A stretch of 62,805 bases of DNA, filler included, from Craspedostauros australis (Eukaryota): assembly GCA_030167865.1 (NCBI GenBank). It is 7 parts of 7 records of this genome, joined end to end, with 100 filler letters (N's around TTAATTAATTAA, not from the genome) between each part and the next. Parts side by side here need not be neighbours in the genome. Positions count along the whole stretch, not along the records: positions 20,091 to 51,126 come from JALAGF010004143.1; positions 51,227 to 54,318 come from JALAGF010004147.1; 5 more parts are not named here. One strand, 5' to 3'. Shown here piece after piece: positions 42,177 through 54,200 of this stretch. The notes beneath the pieces are model-generated. The model was not told the DNA's origin and made no database searches. It saw nothing but the letters and a program-made list of their open reading frames with translations. Position 1 is the first letter of the stretch; each line of letters begins with the position of its first letter. The position numbers were made by a program, and so were the translations under genes.

Positions 42177-44660
42177 ATGCAATCCATCATGCCGACATCG
42201 TTGCGCTCAGCCACGTTAAAGCCATCGGAGCGACGCAAGATCCGTTATCAAAGCACGAAGAAGCGCAGCACGAACGTGAAGCAGCGGCGTCAGAACAGCG
42301 ACGTCAAGGACTCCAACAGCAGCCGTGGGACGCGCACGACTGTGGCGACGTTGGATGAGGAGGGCGACAATGCCAAGAGCGCCGAAGAGCAGACGCGGCC
42401 GCTGCATCATGAGTTGGAGGACGCCAACGCACGATCGACGACGAAGAAGAAGCGATCGACGAGCAAAGAGAAGAGCAAGTCCAAGTCCAAGCTCAAGTCA
42501 TCACACGAAGACCAGCAGGAGGCGCCAGCCAAGCGACAATCCGCGCGCAAGAGCAGCAAGGAAAGAGAGCGCATGACCAGAGAATCGTCGGAGAAGCGAT
42601 TGAGACAGCGACGACGTGAGCCCGGCTTGTTGCCGCGACGCACAGCGAAGCAAACCAAACCAGCGTCGGCGCGTTCCCTCGAAGATGAGCTGCCGCTCAA
42701 CGACCACCAGAAGAAGACGCAGCGCTACAAGCACAAGGTCCCCGATGTGCCCAACTCGCCGCCGTTCGATCCCGCCGCGGCCGCTGCCAAGGCCGCCACG
42801 GATGTGCTCAATCGACGGCGGTTGGAGGATGACACGATGGACGACAGCGAGATGCTGCTCGATGCGCTGCCATTCCATTCCTTGCAATTCTTGAATCGCG
42901 ACGAGCTCTCGGCGTGTTCGTCCTTGACGCCGTCCTTGATCGATAGCGACTACGAGGACGACGACGACTTTGGCGATATCACGTACGACTGGGGCGACGT
43001 GCCGAAGCAAACCAGCCAGAAGATACTGGAGCAGCAGAAGTCGCCGCCCACGTTGCCCAAGCGCAAGAGCAGCGCGGTGCAAGGTGAAGATTCGGCGTCG
43101 CAGCAGGATCAGGACAACGCTGACAAGCAGGAACCACCGCAAAAGTCAAGGCCGTCCCGCAAAGCCAAGAAGGTCCAGCGCAAGACCTCCAAACGCAAGT
43201 CCGACCGCGCGCCCATGGATCCCTCAGGTCATCAGCGTGCCACGCAGAGCACGCACCGGCGCAGCATGGAACGGTTCCAGGCCGTGCCACCGGCGCAGGA
43301 GGCCGTTCCGGCATGGAAGCTGCGCGAGATGCTCAAGTCCAAAGGCACGGTCGATGGCACGCCCGACGCCCCGGTCCCCATGCCCAAGCGGCAGGCCTCG
43401 GCGCATCAAAAGTTGGGAGACGTGCAACCATCGTCGCCCAAGGACACGAGCAGCCATCGCCGGCGTCCCCTCTTGCCACCGGCCGCGGTGGAAGCCGAGA
43501 AGAAGCATCATCGCAAGAAGGATCCGCCGGCACGTCCGCGCAAATCATCGTCGCAGCGTCGGCAACTCAGCGACGCGTCCAAACAAGGACGTCGCAAAGT
43601 CAAGAGCAACACGGACACGTTGCCACCGGCGTTCGCCTTGATCTTTGGTGTTCATGATGATGGCAAGAAGCGGTCCAAGAAGCAGGCGCGGCCGGAAGGG
43701 AAAGCCAAGCGTTCTACAGAACGGCGATCGCGATCCAACTCCAGATCCAAGCAGGACGGCGAGCAGCCGCAACCGACCAAGCCCAGATCGCGATCCAAGT
43801 CGAAGCGCGAACAGGACGGCGAACTGCCTCCGACGGCGCCATCGACCAAGCCCAGATCGCGCAGCAAATCGAAGCGGGAACAGAATGGCGAACAACCAAC
43901 GTCGCCGCCGACTGCGCAAAAGACGCCAACAAAGCGCAGATCGAGGTCCAACTCCAAATCCAGGAGGGAACAGGAGAACGAGCCACCAACGTCGCCGCCA
44001 ACTGCGCAAAAGACGCCCACAAAGCGCAGATCGAGGTCCAACTCCAAGTCCAGGAGGGAGCAGGAGAACGAGCCACCAACGTCGCCGCCAACTGCGCAAA
44101 AGACGCCAACCAAGCGGAGATCCCAGTCCAAGGACAAGGAATCGCGGCGCCGTTCCCTCTCGCGCAGCAAGAAACCCGATCCGGCAGATGCCGACAAGGC
44201 GCCCGGTTGGAAGGAACCGTCCTTCCAGACTCTGTCCGGTCCATCCACGCACTCCAAGACCAAGACGCCGGCCAACCAGCGCAAGCCCAGACTCACCATG
44301 GGTATCAAGGCCAAATCGCCCGCGCCGCGCAACAGCGTCCCCGCTTGGCAACTGCGCGAAACGCTCAAGTCCACATCGTCCGCATCGTCCGCCCAACCCC
44401 GCCCCGTCAACCCGGAACTGCCACCAGCCTTCCGCGCCATGAAACGGTCCATGTTGACGCGCCGACGCCAAACCGATGGCACCAAGTACCTGCAAACAAA
44501 GCAGCAGCAACGCGAAGAGGAAGCCGAATCCACGCAACGGCGTTCCAGCATCGCGACGTCCTTGCGCCGCATCTTGGATCAAGACAATGGCGGCAAGCTC
44601 GAGATGGGCGACGATGGCAAGAAGCGTTTGGTATTTGAGTTGGGATCCGTCGTGCCGTGA
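42177..44660 (+). CDS. Hypothetical basic, Pro/Ser/Arg-rich disordered protein with internal repeats
   Basis: 827-codon ORF with three ~30-aa repeats (EQENEPPTSPPTAQKTPTKRRSRSNSKSRR) at about 43875-44130. Confidence 0.78.
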   Translation: MQSIMPTSLRSATLKPSERRKIRYQSTKKRSTNVKQRRQNSDVKDSNSSRGTRTTVATLDEEGDNAKSAEEQTRPLHHELEDANARSTTKKKRSTSKEKSKSKSKLKSSHEDQQEAPAKRQSARKSSKERERMTRESSEKRLRQRRREPGLLPRRTAKQTKPASARSLEDELPLNDHQKKTQRYKHKVPDVPNSPPFDPAAAAAKAATDVLNRRRLEDDTMDDSEMLLDALPFHSLQFLNRDELSACSSLTPSLIDSDYEDDDDFGDITYDWGDVPKQTSQKILEQQKSPPTLPKRKSSAVQGEDSASQQDQDNADKQEPPQKSRPSRKAKKVQRKTSKRKSDRAPMDPSGHQRATQSTHRRSMERFQAVPPAQEAVPAWKLREMLKSKGTVDGTPDAPVPMPKRQASAHQKLGDVQPSSPKDTSSHRRRPLLPPAAVEAEKKHHRKKDPPARPRKSSSQRRQLSDASKQGRRKVKSNTDTLPPAFALIFGVHDDGKKRSKKQARPEGKAKRSTERRSRSNSRSKQDGEQPQPTKPRSRSKSKREQDGELPPTAPSTKPRSRSKSKREQNGEQPTSPPTAQKTPTKRRSRSNSKSRREQENEPPTSPPTAQKTPTKRRSRSNSKSRREQENEPPTSPPTAQKTPTKRRSQSKDKESRRRSLSRSKKPDPADADKAPGWKEPSFQTLSGPSTHSKTKTPANQRKPRLTMGIKAKSPAPRNSVPAWQLRETLKSTSSASSAQPRPVNPELPPAFRAMKRSMLTRRRQTDGTKYLQTKQQQREEEAESTQRRSSIATSLRRILDQDNGGKLEMGDDGKKRLVFELGSVVP

Positions 44661-45303
44661 TGGAATTTGCGAATCATAAATGTTTGGTAGCATGCTCTAC
44701 CTTTGTTAGAATTTGTTGGAACAACCTACGACAAGTCTACAGAGCACAGACACCAGAGAGCCTGAAATTGTTGTGAGACTTCTGCAGGTTGTCGCCTCCG
44801 CGAAGATGGTGACGATTGACCGCACAACTCTACTAGTGTCCCTCCTCCATGCTCGTCTGGGACTTCTGCCTGCGCTGATGTGGGTGACATGTTGTGGCGA
44901 AGGAGTTGACTCGAATCGTCTGTGTCGGATGGAGGGGTGCGATCAAGAGCCCAGCGGAACAAGCTGGGTGACATTTGGTTGCGCACCAACGTTGGAGGAG
45001 TCGGTGGTGTGGGCGAAGATCTCACAAGTCAGACACGACTCTCCCATAAAAAAGCAAATCCAGAGCCTGCGTTCTTCATCACCATCTTCACGCAAGACCA
45101 TACGACAACCCTCAATGAGTAGAGTAAGTGCAAGCAGATGCTGCCATGGCCCCTTTGTTTGTTTGTTTGTGAGCATCGACTTGTTCATGTCAACTTGTTC
45201 ACGTTCACAAAGGATCTCAAATTCTCACTATCGTTGCCATGCGTGAGCCTTCGCATCCCATTCCCCCACACACATACGTACACAGCAACAAACTGAATCC
45301 AAC

Positions 45304-48300
45304 ATGGACTTCGAGCTCCACGATGCTTGCCGTCACGGCAAGGTATCCAAAGTGCAGGAACTCATCGCAGCCGATGGTTCCATCGAGCAGATCAGCGCTC
45401 GAGACAAAAGGGGCAACACACCACTGCATGTGGCTTGCGAGTTTCGGCGTAGAGACATTATCTGGCGTTTGCTGGGGGTGAACGCAAGCAACGTGTGCGT
45501 CAACACCCAAAATATCGACGGCAACACGCCCCTCCACCTGGCCTGCCGCAAGGGCTACAGGGACGTGGTCAATACGTTGATTCAATCCATCCACAACAAC
45601 AGCACAACCAACGCAGCCACCAGCATCGACATCAATCTGCAGAACAACAACGGTTGGACGCCTCTGCATTACGCGTGTCGAAAGCGACGCATGGATGTGG
45701 TTGAGTACTTTCTGCACCTCAATCGCAGCGACAGCCATATCCATGCCAATTTCGACACCAAGGACCACCTTGGCAAGACGCCGCTTGGTCACGTTTCAGC
45801 AGAACGTGACGAGGAGTGGATCCGTTCTTTGGTCGCATCCTACCTGGTCAACCAGGAAGGGCAGACCTCAGCTGCCGGCAATGATGAGAAGAACACCGCG
45901 CTCCACCTTGCCTGTCTATCGGGGCTTCTGGACGTGGTGCGCGCCCTCGCCAAATCCACCAACATCTCGGTTGATGTCAACGCCAAGAATAACGAGGGAT
46001 TCACCGCGTTTCACTACGCCTGCCAGAAGGGGCACACAGATGTGATCAACTACATGCTGCAATCCAACAGTGTGGGCAACAAGATGGATCTTTCCATCAA
46101 GAACACGGATGGAGATACGCCCCTCCATCTGGGTTGCAGGCACGGGGACGAAGGCAACATCGAACTCCTGTTGGCAAGGAAGCGACAACGAACTGACGTC
46201 GATGTCAACGTCGCCAACACCAGAGGCCATACGCCTTTGCATGACGCTTGTTGGCGTGGGCAAACGGGTGTGCTGAAGCGACTGATCGAATCAGAACCAA
46301 CCAAGATCAACGCAAATGTCCAAAACTACGATCTAGACACGCCGCTTCACCTCGCTTGCCGGCATGGACACAAGGACGCGGTGGAATACATGGCAACGTC
46401 ACAGACAGCCAAAGTGAACCTCGAGGTCCGCAACAAATACGGAAACACGCCATTCCACGTCGCCTGCGTATCCGGACAGGAAGATCTCGTCAAGTATTTG
46501 GTGAATTCGCAACAACTCAACGTTGACACCAAAGCGGAGAACGAGAAAAAGAATACGCCGCTTCACAGTGCCTGTCGCCGGGGGCACGGTGGCGTTGCCG
46601 ACTTCTTGCTTGGGCTCGATCAAGGCAACGGCGATGGCGGTGGCAACGCACCCAACAGCAACGGAAACACACCACTGCATGTTGCATGCCGGCATGGCAA
46701 GAGGGATGTGATCCATCGCATGCTGAAGAATCATCAAGAGAAGGTGGACGTCAACGCCGAAAACAGCAACGGGAACACGCCGTTGCACATCGCCTGTCGC
46801 CACGGACAGGTGAATGTGGTCCAGGACTTGATCCAATACATGTTCGAATGCAACGACAGACAACCTGTTGATGCCAATACCCAAAACAACAAGGGATACA
46901 CACCACTTCACTACGCCTGTCGACACGGTCACATCGACATTGTGAAACACCTCATCGAATCAGATCAAGCCGTCGTTGACGTCAACATCCAAGACGAAAA
47001 CGGTGACACGCCAATTCACCTTGCTTGCGGCAAGCGAAAGAGGGACGTTGTGGAATACATGGTGGAATCCGATCAGGCCAACGTTGATCTCAACATCAGA
47101 AACTATCAGGGTTACATGCCGCTCGAGACTGTTTGCAAGAACGGAGACGAGGATCTCGCTGCATATCTCATCACATCGGATAGAGCCGGGATTGATTTCG
47201 AGCAAAACAAACTGCTGCATGCGGCCTGCCGACATGGGCAGACGAACATCGTCTATCGTTTCATACCATCCAAGCAGATTCACATCGACATCAACAAGCA
47301 AGACGAAACTGGCTGCGCACCACTCCATTATGCGTGTCAGTACGGCCAAAACGACATCGTCGCATTCATGGTTGGATTTGGTGAGGACGTCATCAAGTTC
47401 AACGTCAGAAACACCGACGGCGACTCGCCACTCCATCTGGCATGTCGACACGGCAAACTCCGCGTCGTTGAATGCATGATCAAGTCGGATCTGGACGGCA
47501 GAATCAATTTCAGCATCCGCAACAACAGCGGATGCACACCAATCCATCTTGCATGTGGCAATGGTCGTCAAGCTGTGCTGAAGTGCCTCATGGAATCGAA
47601 TCGCAACGACGTAGATCCAAACATGCAAGACCACGATGGAGACTCTCCACTTCATCTGGCGTGCCGCTTTGGCCAGGAGGGAGTGGTAGAGTACTTGGTG
47701 CAGTCTACTCGGATCAACCTTGATGCCACCGCTCGTAACTCAGATGGCGACACAGCACTCCATGTTGCTTGCCAACACCAACACGCCAAAATGGTTCAAT
47801 GTTTTGTGCAATCAAGGCAGGCAGACGTCCGCGCCAGTGCCCACGGCAGTGCCCACGCCAGTGTCAACGTCAGAAACGCAAACAATGGAAACACACCATT
47901 CCACGATGCGTGTAGTTCTACACAAGGCAACGTCGTTCAATGTTTGGTGGAATCAGAGAAGACCAACATTGATATCAACGCCCGCAACAATAAAGGCGAG
48001 ACAGGCCTGTACCGCGCCTGTTGGTTTGGAAATATCGAGGCGATTCAATATTTGATGGGATTGGGCACTACGGTTGACATGACCATCGCCAACGACGATG
48101 GACGCACGCCATTGCACATTGCATGCCAGCAAGGTCACATGCGTGTGGTCAAACTCCTCGTGGAATCCAACCCGGTGGCTGTCAACGCCCTCATCAACAG
48201 CCAATCTGAGCTTGGCCATGCCCCCCTTGACCCCCTTGACCTCGCTTGCCAACACAGACACAAGGACGTGGTCGAGTACTTGACAGGTCCGCTTGGTGAC

Positions 48301-50037
48301 GGCATCAACATACAATATGAGGACACTCCGCTGCACCATGCGTGTTGCCGTCGCCAATTAGAGACCGTTCAGCATCTCATCGAGTCTGTTGGCTTCAATC
48401 CTGGTCTCACGACCAAGGATGGCAGAACTGGACTTCATTGCGCCGCGCGATTTGGACAACACGAGACCGTACAGTACTTGATCGGCATCACCAACATCAA
48501 CATCAACGCTCAAGACAATGATGGGAATACCCCCTTGTATCTTGCCTGCCGAGAGCATGATCCGGGATTCGTCGACGGCCATTGGGAGGTATTCAACATA
48601 CTCTTGCAACAGCCACAAATCGATGTCAACCTCCCCAATCGCCATCATCAAACGCCGCTGATCGAAGCATGCAAACAGTACACATCTGAGAGTGGATACA
48701 ACGTTCTCGTTGAAGGACTCGTGGAAGCATACGCGGATGTCAATGTCGCGGACAATGACGGCAACACCCCATTGCACATCATCATCAAGGACGGACACTT
48801 CGAGATGTTCAAGTACCTGGCTGATAGGGAGGACAGCCAAATGGATATTCGGAATAATGCTGGCCAAACGCTGTTGCACATTGCCTGCAGCAAACAAACA
48901 TTCTCAGATGATGAAGATGCGCAGCATCATGCCATCATCCAGCACCTTCTGGCGGAAGAGCAGCTCGACGTCAATCAGCAGGACAACGAGGGCAATACGC
49001 CACTGCATCTCATGTGCGCTGCAGACTGCACGCATGCTGATGGCATTCGGTATCTGGTGGACGAGTGGAGAGCGCGTACCGACACTCCCAACAGCGCTGG
49101 CCAAACCCCATTGCATTTTGCGAGCATGAAAGGGCATCTTGAGGTGGTGCAATACTTGAGTGGACAGACCAATACCGGCGTCAACATCCTCAACACCGCT
49201 GGCCAAACTCCGCTGCACTTTGCGTGTGCAGGTGGACGCCTTGAAGTGGTGAAACATCTGGTTGAAGAGGCACATGCTGATATCAACATCCAAGACCAAC
49301 AAGGCTACACACCGCTGCTCCTTGCCTACGCCTACGGACGTCTTTCTGTGATAGAGTATCTCATCGCACAACCCAACCTCCAAATTGATGCTCGGTACAG
49401 TAACGCAAGCGCGCTCATACACGCTGCCGCCGCTGGTGGGCACGTTGACGTCGTGAAAGGCCTGCTCACGCTGCCAAATGCCAACGTCAACTTACAAGAT
49501 GCGCTCGGACACACCCCGCTGCACTTTGCATGCGCTGGTGGACACCGTGATATGGCGGGTCATTTGACCGAGATCGCAGGCGTGGACGTGAATGTCCAAA
49601 ACAGTGAGGGCAACTCCCCATTGCATCTTACAGTCCAAAACTATGGCGACGGCCAGAGCGGGCACTGGGATATTCTCGACATCTTGGTCGATATGGAACA
49701 GACCAATCCCAACCTGACCAACATGAAGCGCGAAACTCCGCTGTTCATCGCGTCCACAATGTTCGTGACCGGCAACGACGTGCACGAGTCCGTCATCGAC
49801 GAATTGTTGGAAAGAGCTCACGCAGATGTGAACATTGCCGATGTGGACGGCAATACGCCTTTGCACACTTTGTGCTGGTACGGGCGTCTAAAGACGGTAC
49901 GTGATTGGCTCGACACGCCTGATGTCGACGTGGACACGAGCATCCGCAATCGGTTTGGTTTGAGACCGCAGGATGTTGCTTCAATGCAAGGACACACCGA
50001 GTTGGCAGAGTACCTGAAATCGTTACAACAATCATAA
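45304..50037 (+). CDS. Very large ankyrin-repeat protein (1577 aa, roughly 35-40 repeats)
   Basis: GxTPLHxACxxG repeats from end to end in a single ORF. No other domain evident. Confidence 0.93.
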   Translation: MDFELHDACRHGKVSKVQELIAADGSIEQISARDKRGNTPLHVACEFRRRDIIWRLLGVNASNVCVNTQNIDGNTPLHLACRKGYRDVVNTLIQSIHNNSTTNAATSIDINLQNNNGWTPLHYACRKRRMDVVEYFLHLNRSDSHIHANFDTKDHLGKTPLGHVSAERDEEWIRSLVASYLVNQEGQTSAAGNDEKNTALHLACLSGLLDVVRALAKSTNISVDVNAKNNEGFTAFHYACQKGHTDVINYMLQSNSVGNKMDLSIKNTDGDTPLHLGCRHGDEGNIELLLARKRQRTDVDVNVANTRGHTPLHDACWRGQTGVLKRLIESEPTKINANVQNYDLDTPLHLACRHGHKDAVEYMATSQTAKVNLEVRNKYGNTPFHVACVSGQEDLVKYLVNSQQLNVDTKAENEKKNTPLHSACRRGHGGVADFLLGLDQGNGDGGGNAPNSNGNTPLHVACRHGKRDVIHRMLKNHQEKVDVNAENSNGNTPLHIACRHGQVNVVQDLIQYMFECNDRQPVDANTQNNKGYTPLHYACRHGHIDIVKHLIESDQAVVDVNIQDENGDTPIHLACGKRKRDVVEYMVESDQANVDLNIRNYQGYMPLETVCKNGDEDLAAYLITSDRAGIDFEQNKLLHAACRHGQTNIVYRFIPSKQIHIDINKQDETGCAPLHYACQYGQNDIVAFMVGFGEDVIKFNVRNTDGDSPLHLACRHGKLRVVECMIKSDLDGRINFSIRNNSGCTPIHLACGNGRQAVLKCLMESNRNDVDPNMQDHDGDSPLHLACRFGQEGVVEYLVQSTRINLDATARNSDGDTALHVACQHQHAKMVQCFVQSRQADVRASAHGSAHASVNVRNANNGNTPFHDACSSTQGNVVQCLVESEKTNIDINARNNKGETGLYRACWFGNIEAIQYLMGLGTTVDMTIANDDGRTPLHIACQQGHMRVVKLLVESNPVAVNALINSQSELGHAPLDPLDLACQHRHKDVVEYLTGPLGDGINIQYEDTPLHHACCRRQLETVQHLIESVGFNPGLTTKDGRTGLHCAARFGQHETVQYLIGITNININAQDNDGNTPLYLACREHDPGFVDGHWEVFNILLQQPQIDVNLPNRHHQTPLIEACKQYTSESGYNVLVEGLVEAYADVNVADNDGNTPLHIIIKDGHFEMFKYLADREDSQMDIRNNAGQTLLHIACSKQTFSDDEDAQHHAIIQHLLAEEQLDVNQQDNEGNTPLHLMCAADCTHADGIRYLVDEWRARTDTPNSAGQTPLHFASMKGHLEVVQYLSGQTNTGVNILNTAGQTPLHFACAGGRLEVVKHLVEEAHADINIQDQQGYTPLLLAYAYGRLSVIEYLIAQPNLQIDARYSNASALIHAAAAGGHVDVVKGLLTLPNANVNLQDALGHTPLHFACAGGHRDMAGHLTEIAGVDVNVQNSEGNSPLHLTVQNYGDGQSGHWDILDILVDMEQTNPNLTNMKRETPLFIASTMFVTGNDVHESVIDELLERAHADVNIADVDGNTPLHTLCWYGRLKTVRDWLDTPDVDVDTSIRNRFGLRPQDVASMQGHTELAEYLKSLQQS

Positions 50038-50276
50038 AGGGGGACTACTCTCAGTATACACAATAGTCTATAATACGTTATTACACATCGGTGGACGTGC
50101 ATCCTCTAACTGCAATACTCTCAACTGCGCCTTGTACCTCGATTTCGTATTGCGCTTGATGTGTTCCAGTAGAGGATTCGTATGTATTGAAGATCGTATC
50201 TGTCTCGTTCATGTAACACTTGAATGTTCTAACATTTACTTCTTGACCACTCCGATACACGCAAGGCGCAGACTAC

Positions 50277-50585
50277 TCAGAGCTCGCCACGAATGACGGG
50301 ACGTTTGCCGTTGGCGTTGTTCTTGTTGATCTTCATGAGGTACCGCAGTCTCGATCGCGATCGTGATCTGACCTCACTCTTGTCATTCGGTGCTTGCAGC
50401 ACGGAGCTGGCGCGGTTGCGCCTTGCGGCACGGCCACGCGGCCGCGCACGTGGCTCCTCACCTGCATCGGTCGCGACTTCCTGCTTCAGCTCGAACTCAC
50501 CCTCCTGCGGATCAAAGTCATTGGCGAATTCATCGCCGTCGTCGTCAGTATCATCGTCATCATCTTTGTCAAACAGTGCAAGTAA
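50277..50585 (-). pseudogene. Orphan terminal exon or gene fragment (102 codons, acidic then Arg-rich)
   Basis: Open frame LLALFDKDDDDTDDDGDEFANDFDPQEGE...RSRSRSRLRYLMK...GEL-stop, preceded by an acceptor-like TTTCGTAG. No upstream exon seen. Confidence 0.4.
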
Positions 50586-50732
50586 CTACGAAAGATGTAT
50601 TGGCCCGTTGTTTCGTGCCCTGGTCGGAGCTCTTGTTGTTTATTTGTGAGTGCTGTCCGAAGACAGCCCCCCGACCAGTATTTGACTAATAGGATTAGTA
50701 GAGAAGTAAGAAGTAAAGAATTCGAGCAAATT

Positions 50733-50783
50733 CACTAACCAGGTCGTTTTGGAGGCCAAAGTCCACTAACCAGGTCGTTTTGG
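50733..50783. repeat. Two 20-bp direct repeats CACTAACCAGGTCGTTTTGG
   Basis: Exact copies at 50733-50752 and 50764-50783. Confidence 0.85.
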
Positions 50784-51042
50784 TATTGGCCAATCACAAT
50801 AGCCGGAATTTTGGCCGGCGCGTCCCTGTGACAACGGCGAAAATAATAATTTAGCCACGAAGCCAACACAAACATTTCACTGCAGAACAGTGGAAAGTAG
50901 TCTAGCTTATGATGTTGTCGATGAATCCTGTTGAGCAGAGGATCAAACCAGCTATTATCGATTGCACACTAACATCAGCCATTGGCATGTACCTACCTTG
51001 GGGCAGCTACATCCAACAGCAAGGAGATTCAGATTACATTTA

Positions 51043-51126
51043 TGTCGAGATGTACATGTGAGTATATGTCGAGATGTACGAATATATGTGCATCGTTCAC
51101 CCGCTATTCTCTCATACGCACTTGGA
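51043..51126 (+). mobile_element. LTR family A terminus, truncated by gap
   Basis: TGTCGAGATGTACATGTGAG..., nearly identical to the sequence starting at 56373. Confidence 0.75.
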
Positions 51127-51226
51127 NNNNNNNNNNNNNNNNNNNNNNNNNNNNNNNNNNNNNNNNNNNNTTAATTAATTAANNNNNNNNNNNNNNNNNN
51201 NNNNNNNNNNNNNNNNNNNNNNNNNN

Positions 51227-54200
51227 CGTCGGGCTTTGACTGCGGCCTGTACTGCCGTCATCGAATGCACCCATTGTCGCATTTGGGTTTCGGTGCCGTA
51301 CTCGATGTTGCGTCCGTCTCGTAAGAGCTGCAGTTCTGACGCTGTCATGTCTTGGCTGGCACTCTGGGTTATCCGGCGCACCTGCCTGCGCAATTCCTGC
51401 GTAGTTGGGTGCTGATCCCCGTCGTGCACTTTCGCATTTCTCGCCGTCCATATCGTCCAAGGTACTTTCCAGATCCACCGGATTACCTCTCCTGCCCATG
51501 CCCTAGCGTCCGGGAAAAAGCACTCGTGCGTCGTCATCCACTGCCTCTGCGTCCGTACCCAATCCTTGTGTAGGAAGCCTGCTAGCAGAGGATACCAACC
51601 TATCGCGCTCTGAGGTCCATCCGTTCTCAACTTCCGTCTCCACCGCACTAGCCCCACTCGCATGTTCTGGACCAGTCGCGGGGCCGTACCAATTCTCACC
51701 ATGGTAGCGATCAGATCGGCCGTGGAGTCCTGCCAAGCTTCCTGGTGTTCCGGGCACTGCAGCACGTGTTCCGTCGTTTCCTCGTGGGGACAGAATTGGC
51801 ACTTCGCCGTGGGTCGCTGTCCCATCTGATGCAATTTCTTGTTGACACCGATGAAACCCGAGGACCACTTGGACATGAAGGTGACCATCGTCTTGCTCTT
51901 TTTGGCCGACCTCGTTGACCTGTACGTATGCCAGTCCACCGCTGCGGCCTGTTCGTCCTCCCACTGAAACTTCGATGACCAATAAGTGGCAGCTTCCGCC
52001 GCCTGTAGTATCTCGTTCAATGCGTGCTTGTCCACATGCGAGGCATCCGTGTCTCGGAGACGTAAACGCCACCTGTCAGTGCTCGTGCTCCATCTTTTCA
52101 CCATTCGGCGTTGTGCTGTCTCAACCCAAAACCGCTTAGCATTGTCGTCGACAATCACATTGAGCCGCTCCAGGGTGGTCAGCGTCTTCCCAGTATCATC
52201 CTGGTGACCTTTGACCCATTCCCATTTTAGGGTGGCCCGAATCTGGCGCCGAAGCTTCCGAATCTCGGTGAGCACGTCCCAGTCTCGTTGGTGTGGGCGG
52301 AGCTCGTCCTCCTGCGCTCGTTGCATGGCCTGTTTACCGTCCAAGGCCAGCGTAATCACGCAGTCCTCGTCCAGCCCTGGCATCCTGGATATGACTGCCA
52401 GAGACGCCCATACACCTGCCAGTTCGCTTCTGTAGGCGCTTTGTACTTCTCTGGGTCCTGGAACAAAGGTGTTGCAGCTCATGCTGGCGTTGGACTCGGC
52501 GTCAAACAGTATCGATGACGAAGTCCCTCGGAAATCCTTGAACGAACCGTCACTCACCACCAGTAGCTTTCCACGTCTGGCCGCCCTTACTGCGTCATGA
52601 GGCTGTAGGTCCCCCTGCAGCTGCTCGACCGGGTTGTAGCCTTCCGAGGGCTCGTCGCTCGGCTCAGCCAGGCCCACGTGGCCATCCCACTCGATTCCCG
52701 TTTCAATCATCGTGACAGACACGCGCTTGGCCCCCGTTGGGAGCACCTCGACGTGTCCAGCCCTAGTGAATCGCTGTCGACGGGTCCGGCTGGTGAGACG
52801 CTGCCTGTATCGCTGGATTGGACGAGTAGCCATGTCAAAGATCACATCTGTGTACGGTAGCTTCCACCACCGCCAGGTCCTATCATCGCTGTGCCACCTG
52901 CCCAGGGGTTGGTGGAGCGTCAAGCCTCGGAAGCACATGAATTTGCACCACCGCTGCCATTCCTTCCACCAGCCGCTCGGGAGGCGGTCAGGTTGGCTCG
53001 CCCATTGATTGGGCAGGGTCGACGCGGCGATTCCGTCATGCGCCTCCGCCAGTATTCTCGTTCCGTTAGCCGACGTGATGTCCGACATTCGTATCACACC
53101 CAGCTTCTGACGCACCATATTCAGATGGTATAACTGAGCTCCTTTCACACCTTGGCTTAGCCAGATGTCCATCAAGAACTTGTCACCTCTCCGCTGGCGA
53201 GTCGCCGACTTCGTGGTTTCGAGTATGTCTATGCTGGTGTCGTGAAGCTGCTGCCAGAGTCCGGTGACCCAGCAACTCGTGGCGCAGTGTCCTATGGCCT
53301 TGTGTGAGTACCGGAACAGGGATCGCTCCACTCCCAGCTCCTCTTTCAAGGCCAGAATAGAGCACTTGATCATTTCCCCGGTTTGAGTGCCACGATGGAC
53401 TTCGTCGAATGCCAGCTGGACCTGCGAGATCAACTGCATATTGGCTGGGTTGATGATTCCCAGCCCGCCCAGTGACGTCGTACCATATACCAAGTCTCTC
53501 GGGAAGTTCCTGGACACCCCCATTTTCGGGAGTGCTGCGAGCAGCGCCGGGGCCATGATCCGTCGCCATTGTAGCCGAGTAAGCTGAACCATTGGAAGCG
53601 CGTATTCGATCGTCTTCATGAACCGCAGCGTGAGGGCAGATCTTGCGTCGGCTGGAGAAATCTTAGCCGTCCGCATGCGTCCCCCAAATTCTTCTGCTTT
53701 CTTGCGGAGTCTGTCAGCCTGCGCTTCTTGATTCCCGTCGAAGTCGATGAACACCCCCAACGTGAAGAGTGGCTGGTCCATTGGTTTGTATGGTATTTCC
53801 GCTGCTGCGCCTTGTCCATCGTTGATATTGATGATGGTCAACGGGTTGGCGTCTTGCCACGTCCATTGCCCTGAAATGAATTCCGGTTGCATCGCCCACC
53901 AGGCGGACTTACTCGGCACGAGAGCACCGCCGGTAACGTGCAGCAGCTTGCTCCAGTCTTGTACCATCGCCTTGAAAGCTTCCGTGTCTGCCGTCACTGT
54001 GCCACCTGTTTCCAGCCTCACTAGGTCCGTGTCGTCCACGAAGGCTGATCCCAGAATTGAAATCGTCTGCTCGTCAGGGGTCTGTAGCGGCGAGTCATGA
54101 CCAAGGAGGCCCATGGCATTAAACATGACGGAACTGATGACCGCCCAAATAGCCGGTCCTGCCCCGTTCCCTTGGCCAATGCCGTGCATCTGGCAATCCG

